Positions 37,298-45,218 of a stretch of 45,218 nucleotides of DNA are shown here, piece by piece. A model generated the notes under the pieces. That model made no database searches, was not told the origin of the DNA, and saw nothing but the letters and a program-made list of their open reading frames with translations. The translations under genes and the position numbers were made by a program. Every line of letters begins with the position of its first letter. Position 1 is the first letter of the stretch. Source of the stretch: an uncultured Dehalococcoidaceae bacterium (lineage in GTDB: Bacteria > Chloroflexota > Dehalococcoidia > Dehalococcoidales > RBG-16-60-22); NCBI GenBank assembly GCA_964422155.1, contig CAYQZZ010000011.1, positions 1 through 45,218 on the forward strand, in the 5' to 3' direction.

Positions 37298-38610
37298 TTG
37301 AGTTCTCCCTTCCATTTCCCGGTGACAGCCGCCTCGATACAGTCTTTTTGCGAACCGAACCAGGTAGGGAAGCCGAGCATAGCGGGCATATAGTGCGCGT
37401 GTTTGGCCGAATCGGTAGCCGCCGTCTTGACACCCTTGGGTGAGATATGGCTGATGCAGGGGCAGGTATCGGTCATCAGGACAGCTCCGGCTTTTTTAAT
37501 AACGTCCGTCAGTCCTTCCTGGTCGGCGATAGTTTTGAGCGCATGCGGCGTAAAAATCCAGAGGTTAACGTTAGCGTGGACATGCTTGCCCTCCAGCAGC
37601 CGGGCCGCGTTCCATACCTCTTCCAGCGTATAGTGAGGGCAGCCCAGCATAATAAAGTCGACATTAGGGTCGGTGGCAGAAGTCAGGTTGTCATAAGCCT
37701 TCTTCCTCTCCGCCTTACCGAATTTCAGCTTCGCGACGGGTTTTTTCTTGCCGAAAGCCTGCTCCAGGGAATTCGCTTCCGGCGTGAAGCCGACGACGTG
37801 GTACAGCTCGACGCCGCCCGAAGAGGCGGCCGCGGCGCCGTGATGCTTAAGCCGGGCGATATTGGGGGCTTTACGTACACCATTAATCACGGGAACGTGC
37901 TCCTGTACTATTTCCCCGACGTAATAGCCCAGAAGACCCCAGTCCATAACGCTCTCCGGCTGGTATTCAACCTCCACCAGATGCGTGCCCAGACGGTTTT
38001 CATCGAGGTGATAGCCCCAGTAAGGCGTTTTGCCTACCAGCATGGAGGCCGTGGCGCTCTCCATCCCCTCGATATTGGTGCGTCCGCCCAGCACGGAATT
38101 GCAGTAGATGACGGCCGATGATTCTATCCAGGCGCAGTGCTCACCCATGACAGGGACATTGCCAAGAAGGTAAGGGGTACAACTATGCATAAGCTGCATA
38201 CCGATGCGGGCGCAGACTTTTTCCGAGAGGACGCCCATTTCATGGCGTTCGGGGGAGATGCCCTGGATTTGCCAGTTTTCCGGGTCCATTTCCCGTATCA
38301 GGCGGCAGGTGTAGACCTTAGCGCGGGGGATTTCAAAGGGCTCATCGCTATCAAGGTACATGCGTGAGAGGGCGGCGTCAACTTCATTTATTGTGGCCCC
38401 GGGTTTCGGCGCTGTGTAAGCGCCGGCGGAAATCGAAACACAGACGTTGTTAGTATCGACCAGCCTCTCCGCTCCCAGGGCTTCCCCGTACTTTACGAGC
38501 AGCTCCATGGCCTTCTGATAAGCAATGCCTTCACTGCCTTCCAGCAGAGCCTTTTCTTCGTCGGTCAGTTTCATATTACGTTTACCATCCTGTATAAAAA
38601 TCCCCCTCAT
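37294..38610 (-). CDS. Aconitase X catalytic subunit (DUF521)
   Basis: About 430 aa. DUF521-type N-terminus (LTDEEKALLEGSEGIAYQKAMELLVKYGEALGAERLVD). Start ambiguous between 38610 and 38574. Translationally coupled to the small subunit. Confidence 0.8.
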   Translation of the reverse strand: MRGIFIQDGKRNMKLTDEEKALLEGSEGIAYQKAMELLVKYGEALGAERLVDTNNVCVSISAGAYTAPKPGATINEVDAALSRMYLDSDEPFEIPRAKVYTCRLIREMDPENWQIQGISPERHEMGVLSEKVCARIGMQLMHSCTPYLLGNVPVMGEHCAWIESSAVIYCNSVLGGRTNIEGMESATASMLVGKTPYWGYHLDENRLGTHLVEVEYQPESVMDWGLLGYYVGEIVQEHVPVINGVRKAPNIARLKHHGAAAASSGGVELYHVVGFTPEANSLEQAFGKKKPVAKLKFGKAERKKAYDNLTSATDPNVDFIMLGCPHYTLEEVWNAARLLEGKHVHANVNLWIFTPHALKTIADQEGLTDVIKKAGAVLMTDTCPCISHISPKGVKTAATDSAKHAHYMPAMLGFPTWFGSQKDCIEAAVTGKWKGELK

Positions 38611-38659
38611 ATCCCCCTTTACAAAAGGGGGAGGTTACGGATTGCTTCGGTCTCTGATG

Positions 38660-38716
38660 TTCCCTCGCAATGACAGGGAGGCAGGGACTGGATTCCCGCT
38701 TTCGCGGGAATGACAT
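38660..38716. repeat. Degenerate copy C of the MITE-like repeat (GGATTC-hairpin-GAATGACAT end)
   Basis: cgcaatgacagggaggcagggactggattcccgctttcgcgggaatgacatc. Shares the GGATTC...GAATGACAT architecture with copy D. Confidence 0.35.
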
Positions 38717-38722
38717 CTATAA

Positions 38723-40417
38723 TTAATCGAAGTCTTCCCAGCGCGCCGGCCATCCTGCCCCTTTATCAGCCTGGAGGGCCAATTTAGCATATATTGCCAG
38801 CAAACCGGTTACTTTAGACTGGGAAGGCGGCTTCCATTGCGCCTTTCTTTTCTTCATTTCCGCTTCAGATACCTCAACGTCAAGCTTGCGATCGGGGATG
38901 TCCAGGTTAATGCGGTCACCATCTTTGAGCAGAGCGAGCGGTCCGCCCACCTGGGCCTCCGGGCAGACGTGGCCGATAGAAAGGTAGCCCTGGGTGAACC
39001 CTGAGAAACGACCGTCCGAAACAACGATGACGTCCTGGATACGTTTTACTTTGAGCATTGACAACGCGCTCAGGCATTCTGTAAAGGCGGGACCTCCGCG
39101 GGGGCCCTGGTAGCGAACGACGAGGGCATCGCCGGGCTTGACCTTACCCTGCATGGTCCCTTCGGCTGCCGCTTCCAGCGAGTCGAAGACGCGGGCGGTA
39201 TAAACCCTCTTCAGCAGGTCCTTGTTCTCGACGACGGTATGCCGGACAACGGCGCCTCTCGGGGCAAGATTGCCTTTAAGCACGGCTATCGCCCCTTCCG
39301 GCCAGATAGGGTCCTCCAGAGGTTTTATTACTTCGATATCGTCACATGTTACGTCTGCCAGATTTTCACCGACCGTCTTGCCGGTAACGGTGATGCAGGT
39401 CTTATCGAGGTATTTCTCGATGCGTTTCATGACTGAAGGCGTCCCGCCCGCTTTATGGTAATCATAGAGAACGTGCGGGCCCGATGGAGCTACCGCGCAC
39501 AGGGCCGGGACCCTGCGGCTTACCTCGTCCCAATCATCGAGAGTCAGGGGAATTTCCGCTTCATGGGCATAGGCTTGCAGGTGCGCCACCGAGTTGGTGC
39601 CGCCGCATATCGCCATGTCCACCGCTATGGCATTTTTTAATGAATTAAGAGTGATGATATCCCTCGGTCGGATATTCCGCTTGACCAGTTCCAGGATTTT
39701 TTCTCCGGTCTCCTTGGCCTGCCATATTTTCTCGGCGGAAACGCCGGGAGAGGTGCTGGTACCAGGCAGGGCGATGCCCATCCCCTCGGTGAGCACGGCC
39801 AGGGTATTTCCCGTCGTCATCTCGTTGCAGGCCCCGGCGGAAGTGGCGCAGCAACTGGTAATTTCCTGCATTATCTCGCCGATTTCTTCAATAGAAAGGG
39901 GTTTATCCTTATCCATCATCTTTTGCTGCACGATGGACTGGCCCCTGACGAAGCCCAGGCGTGCCCCTTCATAGTCCGAAGGCATCATCTGCCCACCGCC
40001 GATGAAAATAAAGGGTCGGTTCAGGCGTAGAGCGGCCAGAATCAACCCGGGGATAATCTTGTCGCAGGAAGCCAGACCTACCCAGCCGTCGCACCAGCTT
40101 ATGTATAGAGAGGACTCGGCTGCCGCCAGGACGGCTTCGCGCTGGGGCATATCATAAAGCATATCGCTCTGGAGCTTATGGGGTACGGAACATAGTCCGG
40201 GAACGTTGATTTCAAACGGCATTCCTCCTGCCATGCGGATGCCGGCCTTGACCCCATCCGCCACTGCCCTGAGATGCACGTGACCCGGCGACTGCTCGCT
40301 CCAGGAATTGATAACGGCAATCCTGGGAAGCGAAAGCTCTTTGGCGGTAAAACCCATTGCCTTGAAGATGGCGTGATGGCCATAAGACCTGAGGTTAAAT
40401 GCGGGTGGTGTTGTCAT
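38723..40417 (-). CDS. IlvD/EDD family dehydratase (dihydroxy-acid or sugar-acid dehydratase)
   Basis: Start MTTPPAFN... with GGAGGC RBS; the ORF-track start at 40453 is an extension. IlvD/EDD features, including a CDKxxP Fe-S ligand region (SCDKIIPG) and a C-terminal swivel domain. Confidence 0.85.
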   Translation of the reverse strand: MTTPPAFNLRSYGHHAIFKAMGFTAKELSLPRIAVINSWSEQSPGHVHLRAVADGVKAGIRMAGGMPFEINVPGLCSVPHKLQSDMLYDMPQREAVLAAAESSLYISWCDGWVGLASCDKIIPGLILAALRLNRPFIFIGGGQMMPSDYEGARLGFVRGQSIVQQKMMDKDKPLSIEEIGEIMQEITSCCATSAGACNEMTTGNTLAVLTEGMGIALPGTSTSPGVSAEKIWQAKETGEKILELVKRNIRPRDIITLNSLKNAIAVDMAICGGTNSVAHLQAYAHEAEIPLTLDDWDEVSRRVPALCAVAPSGPHVLYDYHKAGGTPSVMKRIEKYLDKTCITVTGKTVGENLADVTCDDIEVIKPLEDPIWPEGAIAVLKGNLAPRGAVVRHTVVENKDLLKRVYTARVFDSLEAAAEGTMQGKVKPGDALVVRYQGPRGGPAFTECLSALSMLKVKRIQDVIVVSDGRFSGFTQGYLSIGHVCPEAQVGGPLALLKDGDRINLDIPDRKLDVEVSEAEMKKRKAQWKPPSQSKVTGLLAIYAKLALQADKGAGWPARWEDFD

Positions 40418-40584
40418 AGATGCCTCCATGAAATTAAATTGCGGTACACACATTCTAGCAAGTTATGAAAAAGGGGGCAAGGAAGATATTTTATAGTGGT
40501 ATCTTGACATTATATCATTATTTATGTTATTGTTTACTAAGTAGACTAAAATAGTCAACAATACTTTTACCCAGAGGTGAGTCG

Positions 40585-41028
40585 ATGAAACTTTCTACCA
40601 GGACACGCTACGGGACAAGGGCTCTCCTGGAACTGGCTCTTCATGAGGGGGAGGGGCCGGTTTTTCTGAAAGACATCGCCAGGCAGCAGCAGATTTCGTT
40701 GCCTTACCTGGAGCATCTGGTCACTCCTTTGATTTCCGCCGGCATTATACGAAGTACCAAGGGACCTAAAGGTGGGGTTACACTGGCCAGGAAACCGGAG
40801 GAGATAAAGCTGAGTGAAATTACGCAACTTCTCGAAGGCTCGGTGACCCCCGTTGAGTGTATCGAGCATCCAGAGGTTTGCAGCCGTTCTGAACTCTGCG
40901 TCACTCGTGAAGTCTGGAGTAAACTCAAAGACGCGATGGATAGTGTCCTGGAGTCCACGACCCTGCAGGACCTGGTGGAAAGGCAGAAAAAGAAAGGCCA
41001 TCCCGAAACATCGATGTATTACATATAA
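40585..41028 (+). CDS. Rrf2 family transcriptional regulator (IscR/CymR-like, Fe-S type)
   Basis: N-terminal w[22 protein letters not shown]. Three-Cys motif C-x6-C-x5-C ([16 protein letters not shown]). 13 nt upstream of cysK. Confidence 0.85.
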   Translation: MKLSTRTRYGTRALLELALHEGEGPVFLKDIARQQQISLPYLEHLVTPLISAGIIRSTKGPKGGVTLARKPEEIKLSEITQLLEGSVTPVECIEHPEVCSRSELCVTREVWSKLKDAMDSVLESTTLQDLVERQKKKGHPETSMYYI

Positions 41029-41041
41029 AGGGGGCAGGGAG

Positions 41042-42052
41042 ATGGTGGTATCGATTCAGGAAATAGAGTATATAAATTATAAGACGATTAAAATACCGAA
41101 GCTGACCAGGGGTATCGCCCGGGACTGCTCTGAGCTGATAGGGAATACGCCGCTCGTCAGGCTGAACCATATAACAGATGGGGCCGGGGCGGAGGTGGTT
41201 GCCAAGCTCGAGTCCTTTAATCCCATCCATAGCGTCAAAGACAGGATAGGCGTGGCGATGATTGTCGACGCCGAGGAAAAGGGGCGGATTAAAAAAGGCA
41301 CGGTAATCGTCGAGCCTACCAGCGGCAATACCGGCATCGCCCTGGCATTTGTCTGCGCGGCTAAGGGGTACAGGCTCATTCTTACCATGCCTGATACGAT
41401 GTCGCTGGAGAGAAGACAGCTTCTTTCTATTTTCGGAGCCGAGCTGGTACTGACCCCGGGTTCAGAGGGGATGACGGGGGCCATCAGAAAAGCCGAGCAG
41501 CTTGTGAAGGAGAACCGTAACTATTATATGCCGCAGCAGTTTAAAAACCCGGCCAATCCTGAAATACACCGCCTGACAACCGCCGAGGAAATCTGGAGGG
41601 ACACGGGCGGCAGGGTGGATATCCTGGTCAGCGGCGTGGGCACCGGCGGAACGATTACCGGCGTTGCCGAAGTACTTAAAGCCAGGAAACCGGGATTCAA
41701 ATCTATAGCCGTTGAGCCGGCTGGCTCTCCGGTACTTTCGGGAGGGAAACCGGGGGCGCATAAAATTCAGGGGATTGGCGCCGGCTTCGTCCCGGATGTC
41801 CTCAGGGCGGAACTGATTGACGAAATTATCACCGTGAGCAATGAGGATGCAGGAGCCACGGCGCGAAGGCTGGCAAAAGAGGAAGGGATACTGGCGGGTA
41901 TATCGTCGGGAGCCGCCGCCTGGGCAGCCTTGAAAGTTGCCGGCAGGCCGGAAAATACGGGCAAACTTATTGTCGTTATCCTGCCGGACACTGGTGAACG
42001 TTACCTGTCCACATGGCTTTTTCAGGAGCCGTCCACGTCCTCTCTAAAATAA
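41042..42052 (+). CDS. cysK: Cysteine synthase (PLP-dependent O-acetylserine sulfhydrylase)
   Basis: Start MVVSIQEIE... PLP-lysine region (SVKDR) and glycine-rich loop GTGGT. The ORF-track start at 40853 is an extension overlapping the Rrf2 gene. Confidence 0.85.
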   Translation: MVVSIQEIEYINYKTIKIPKLTRGIARDCSELIGNTPLVRLNHITDGAGAEVVAKLESFNPIHSVKDRIGVAMIVDAEEKGRIKKGTVIVEPTSGNTGIALAFVCAAKGYRLILTMPDTMSLERRQLLSIFGAELVLTPGSEGMTGAIRKAEQLVKENRNYYMPQQFKNPANPEIHRLTTAEEIWRDTGGRVDILVSGVGTGGTITGVAEVLKARKPGFKSIAVEPAGSPVLSGGKPGAHKIQGIGAGFVPDVLRAELIDEIITVSNEDAGATARRLAKEEGILAGISSGAAAWAALKVAGRPENTGKLIVVILPDTGERYLSTWLFQEPSTSSLK

Positions 42053-42265
42053 TGCAGAATTACATTAAGGAATTTATATGAAAATAGATGTAATCCCAGG
42101 TGATACTTTTTTAAAGGACGAGAATGATAGCGCTTTCTGGACTTTATCCCCCGGGGCGCCCATTACGGGTATTGGACGGGAGGTGATAAACCTCTTATGG
42201 ACAATGCGTTGCCCGTAAGGGCTTTCAGGACGGAATAAAATAAATCCAGAAAGGTGAAATTAATA

Positions 42266-43468
42266 ATGAAAACAATAGCTGAAATCAACGAACGTATACG
42301 TCAAGGCCAGGCAGTGGTGGTGACTGCCGAAGAAATAATAGATATCGTTAAAGAGAAAGGAATTCAGAAGGCGGCCAGGGAGGTTGATGTGGTGACCACG
42401 GGGACTTTCGGTCCTATGTGTTCCTCCGGCGCCTATCTTAACGTCGGGCACACGAAACCGCGCATCAAGCTCGGCGGCGGCAGGGTTTATCTCAACGATA
42501 TACCGGCCTATACCGGCTTCGCCGCCGTGGATATCTACATCGGATGCACGGCGCTGCCGGATGATGACCCGAGGAACCGCGTACACCCCGGCGACTTCAA
42601 ATATGGTGGGGGCCATGTCATCGAAGAGCTTGTCGCCGGCAGGGATGTCCGGCTGGTCGCTGCCGCCTATGGCACGGATTGCTATCCGAAAAAGAAGCTG
42701 GAGACCCTGATAAATCTCAGGGACGTCAACGAGGCTGTCCTTTTCAATCCCAGGAATGCCTACCAGAACTACAATGTGGCGGTAAATTTATCGAATAAGA
42801 CAATTTATACTTATATGGGCGTCTTGAAGCCCAATCTGGGGAATGCCAACTACTGCAGTGCCGGGCAGCTCTCCCCGCTCCTCAACGACCCCCTTTACAA
42901 GACCATCGGTATCGGTACGAAGATATTCCTGGGTGGGGGCGTCGGCTACGTCGCCTGGCAGGGCACCCAGCATAACCCGGGCGTGCCGCGGGGGGAAAAT
43001 GGGGTTCCGCGGAAACCTGCTGGTACGCTGGCGGTCATCGGCGACTTAAAGCAGATGAAGTCGGCCTGGCTCCGCGGCATCAGTATGCAGGGCTATGGTG
43101 CCAGCATGATTGTCGGCATCGGCGTGCCTGTCCCCATTCTTTCCGAGGAAATTCTGAAGTATACCACGGTGACGGACGCTGATATTGTCGCGCCAATCGT
43201 CGATTATTCCGAGGCATATCCCCAGAGAAAACCGGACGTCCTGGGAGAGGTCAGCTATGCCCGGCTTAAAACCGGCAAGATAGAAGTGCGGGGCAAGCAG
43301 GTGCCTACCTCCTCCCTGTCCAGCTACCCCGGGGCAGTTGAGATTGCCCAGATTCTAAAAGAGTGGATACAAAAGGGAGAATTTACCCTGACCGAGCCGG
43401 TGGCGCCGCTACCGGGTTTAGAATCTGGCATTGCTGTCAAGAGCCTTGAGGAACGTAATATAGATTAA
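42266..43468 (+). CDS. DUF39/COG1900 family protein (homocysteine-biosynthesis sulfur-incorporation enzyme family)
   Basis: Start MKTIAEINERIRQG with AAGGTGA RBS. About 400 aa without CBS domains. The family call is from memory of COG1900 N-termini. Confidence 0.65.
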   Translation: MKTIAEINERIRQGQAVVVTAEEIIDIVKEKGIQKAAREVDVVTTGTFGPMCSSGAYLNVGHTKPRIKLGGGRVYLNDIPAYTGFAAVDIYIGCTALPDDDPRNRVHPGDFKYGGGHVIEELVAGRDVRLVAAAYGTDCYPKKKLETLINLRDVNEAVLFNPRNAYQNYNVAVNLSNKTIYTYMGVLKPNLGNANYCSAGQLSPLLNDPLYKTIGIGTKIFLGGGVGYVAWQGTQHNPGVPRGENGVPRKPAGTLAVIGDLKQMKSAWLRGISMQGYGASMIVGIGVPVPILSEEILKYTTVTDADIVAPIVDYSEAYPQRKPDVLGEVSYARLKTGKIEVRGKQVPTSSLSSYPGAVEIAQILKEWIQKGEFTLTEPVAPLPGLESGIAVKSLEERNID

Positions 43469-43578
43469 CTCTTGTCAACTGGAAAAGTATAAGTGTCCCG
43501 GGGCAGGGTAGCCTCGAAAACACAAAGCCCTGTCCCGGGCGGTGTTATTTCATACCTTGAAAAGTAAGAGGAGGAACG

Positions 43579-44643
43579 ATGGCAGCTAACGAAATGCCCG
43601 AAATCGGGAAAATCTCCCCGGAAATCTTTAACGAGTTGATTTTTCCTCGTCTTGGAGCCAGGAGCGATAGCATTCTGGTCGGCCCCCAGCATGGCGTGGA
43701 TGTGGGTATCGTGGAGATAGGGGGCAAGGCGGTATCGTTTACCACCGACCCCGTTTTCATCGTGCCAGAATACGGCTGGGAGAGGGCTGCCTGGTTTGCC
43801 CTTCACATCATCGCTTCCGACTCCGTCACCAGTGGACTCAAGCCGAAGCTCTTAAGTATTGACCTGAATTTCCCGATGGAAATGACCAAAAAACAGCTGG
43901 AGATAGTCTGGGATATCATTCACCGGGAGTGCGAGAAACTGGGGATAACCGTTATTACCGGCCATACCGCCCGGTATGAGAACTGTCATTACCCCATGGT
44001 CGGTGGGGCTACTATCGTGGGCATCGGCGAGCTTGATGAATACGTTACTCCGGCGTTCTGCCGAGCCGGCGATAAAATAATCATTACCAAGGGGCCAGCC
44101 ATCGAGGCTACCGGCATTTTTGCGGCCATGTTCCCATATATTATCGAGAAGGAGTTTGGGGCGGAGTTCAGCCGGAGGGCTCAGCAGATATTCTATAAAA
44201 TGTCGGTTGTTGAGGATGCTTTGACGGCGGTGGGTGTCGGCGTCCGGGAGAGTGGAGTCACTGCCATGCACGACGCCACCGAATGCGGGGTGTGGGGCGG
44301 ACTGTATGAGCTGGCGCAGGCCGCCGGTCTGGGAGTCAGGATAGAGAAGGATAAGATAATTGTGGAAGAGAGCGTCGCCGGGGTATGCCGGCTGTTCGAT
44401 ATCGACCCTTATACCTCAATCAGCGAGGGCACATTGATAATCGCCTGCAAGGAACATAAAACACAGGATATCGTGAAGGCGCTGGCCAGAAAGAGTATAA
44501 AATCATCTGTAGTCGGCGAGCTGACCAAGCCGGAAAAGGGAATGGTTTTAGTTGAAAAGGGCAGGGAGAAAAAGCTGGAACACCCTATCGTCGACCCGTT
44601 CTGGAGGGCTTTCTACGGCGCTCTTGAAAAATATAAGTCCTAG
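43579..44643 (+). CDS. AIR synthase-related (PurM-like superfamily) protein
   Basis: 354 aa. PurM-like N-domain (DSILVGPQHGVDVGIVEIGGKAVSFTTDP) and C-domain. GAGGAGG RBS. Confidence 0.75.
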   Translation: MAANEMPEIGKISPEIFNELIFPRLGARSDSILVGPQHGVDVGIVEIGGKAVSFTTDPVFIVPEYGWERAAWFALHIIASDSVTSGLKPKLLSIDLNFPMEMTKKQLEIVWDIIHRECEKLGITVITGHTARYENCHYPMVGGATIVGIGELDEYVTPAFCRAGDKIIITKGPAIEATGIFAAMFPYIIEKEFGAEFSRRAQQIFYKMSVVEDALTAVGVGVRESGVTAMHDATECGVWGGLYELAQAAGLGVRIEKDKIIVEESVAGVCRLFDIDPYTSISEGTLIIACKEHKTQDIVKALARKSIKSSVVGELTKPEKGMVLVEKGREKKLEHPIVDPFWRAFYGALEKYKS

Positions 44644-44716
44644 GTAATAGTTGTTGCATATTCATTTCTCAACTCCGTTAAATTAATATTATTGAGATTG
44701 TTTAATAATAGTCTGA

Positions 44717-44816
44717 TGTCATTCCAGCCTTCTCTCAATTGTCATTCCAGCGAAAGCTGGAATCCAGCGGTGGAGAAAGGGCGGCCTGGATTCTCGGGTC
44801 AAGCCCGAGAATGACA
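44717..44816. repeat. Copy D of the MITE-like repeat family
   Basis: tgtcattccagc (duplicated), ccagcgaaagctgg, ggattctcgggtcaagcccgagaatgacat. Same TGTCATTC/GAATGACA termini. Confidence 0.5.
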
Positions 44817-44976
44817 TCACTAGATAATCTCGTTTTTTCTGCTCGCCAGTTAGTTATTTCCTCACGAATGAGATAAAAGTCATTTTAAATAACCCCATTG
44901 AATATTATACTGATAATGAGTAACATAAGAGGCGTATTAATTTCTCTTGGTCTATAGATATAGATGAGGAGGTAGA

Positions 44977-45218
44977 TATGAGGAAGGTATATCTGGACAA
45001 TGCTGCTAGCACTCCCCTCCTCCCCGAGGTACGGGAGGCGATGATGCCTTATCTGGGGGAGGTCTTCGGCAATCCGTCGTCTCTGCACGACTGGGGAGAC
45101 GGGGCACGGGAGGCTGTAGAAATTGCTCGCGCTCAGGTTGCCGACCTTATCGGGGCAAGCCCCGAGGAGATAATTTTCACCAGCGGCGGTACCGAGAGCA
45201 ACAACTTTGCGGTCAAGG
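44977..45218 (+). CDS. Cysteine desulfurase (NifS/IscS family), 5' partial running off the window
   Basis: [40 protein letters not shown]...[14 protein letters not shown], the canonical class-V aminotransferase N-terminus. GAGGAGG RBS. Confidence 0.8.

Noticed and set aside
43579-44643. PurM-like protein as selenophosphate synthetase SelD, which would tie it to the Sec proteins in this window
   Set aside because: The N-terminus lacks the SelD Cys/Sec-Gly-x-Lys motif and the glycine-rich SelD signature. It resembles generic AIR-synthase-related, HypE/ThiL-like proteins, so no SelD call is supported.

Overview
This 45.2-kb window looks like a gene-dense catabolic/accessory stretch of a bacterial chromosome. 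Strong AGGAGG-type ribosome-binding sites, frequent TTG/GTG starts and the gene content suggest an anaerobic Chloroflexi-like organism, but that placement is inference only. I call about 40 protein-coding genes and see no rRNA, tRNA, CRISPR array, transposase or integrase.

Gene content, in order:
- A minus-strand FAD-dependent oxidoreductase.
- A seven-gene plus-strand operon: SDR, tungsten-type aldehyde:ferredoxin oxidoreductase (AOR), SDR, a hypothetical, MmgE/PrpD, a hypothetical.
- A MarR regulator followed by an RND efflux pump.
- A TRAP transporter (DctPQM).
- A B12-binding radical-SAM enzyme next to a SAM methyltransferase.
- A four-gene block on the plus strand: SDR, selenoprotein, selenoprotein, SDR.
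- A secreted amidohydrolase lipoprotein.
- Three paralogs of a small cupin-like family.
- NUDIX, DinB-like, GAF, SPFH, SDR, flavodoxin/4Fe-4S and M24 peptidase genes.
- A two-subunit aconitase X and an IlvD/EDD dehydratase.
- A sulfur cluster: Rrf2 regulator, CysK, a DUF39/COG1900 homocysteine-type enzyme, a PurM-like protein and a partial cysteine desulfurase.

The most striking feature is in the four-gene block. Two large paralogous proteins each carry an in-frame TGA inside a conserved G-V-x-G-[TGA]-x-G-C motif. Amino-acid conservation continues across the supposed intergenic gap, and a GU-loop hairpin sits 5-10 nt downstream of each TGA. I read these as two roughly 560-590-aa selenoproteins with a U-x-G-C redox motif, each paired with a paralogous SDR. 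The two copies differ visibly in GC content.

Other notable signals:
- A collapsed ppsA remnant and a remnant of an ABC permease C-terminus.
- A family of about 95-bp MITE-like structured repeats with TGTCATTC/GAATGACA termini; two copies bracket the M24 peptidase.
- Short T/G-rich tandem repeats in several intergenic regions.
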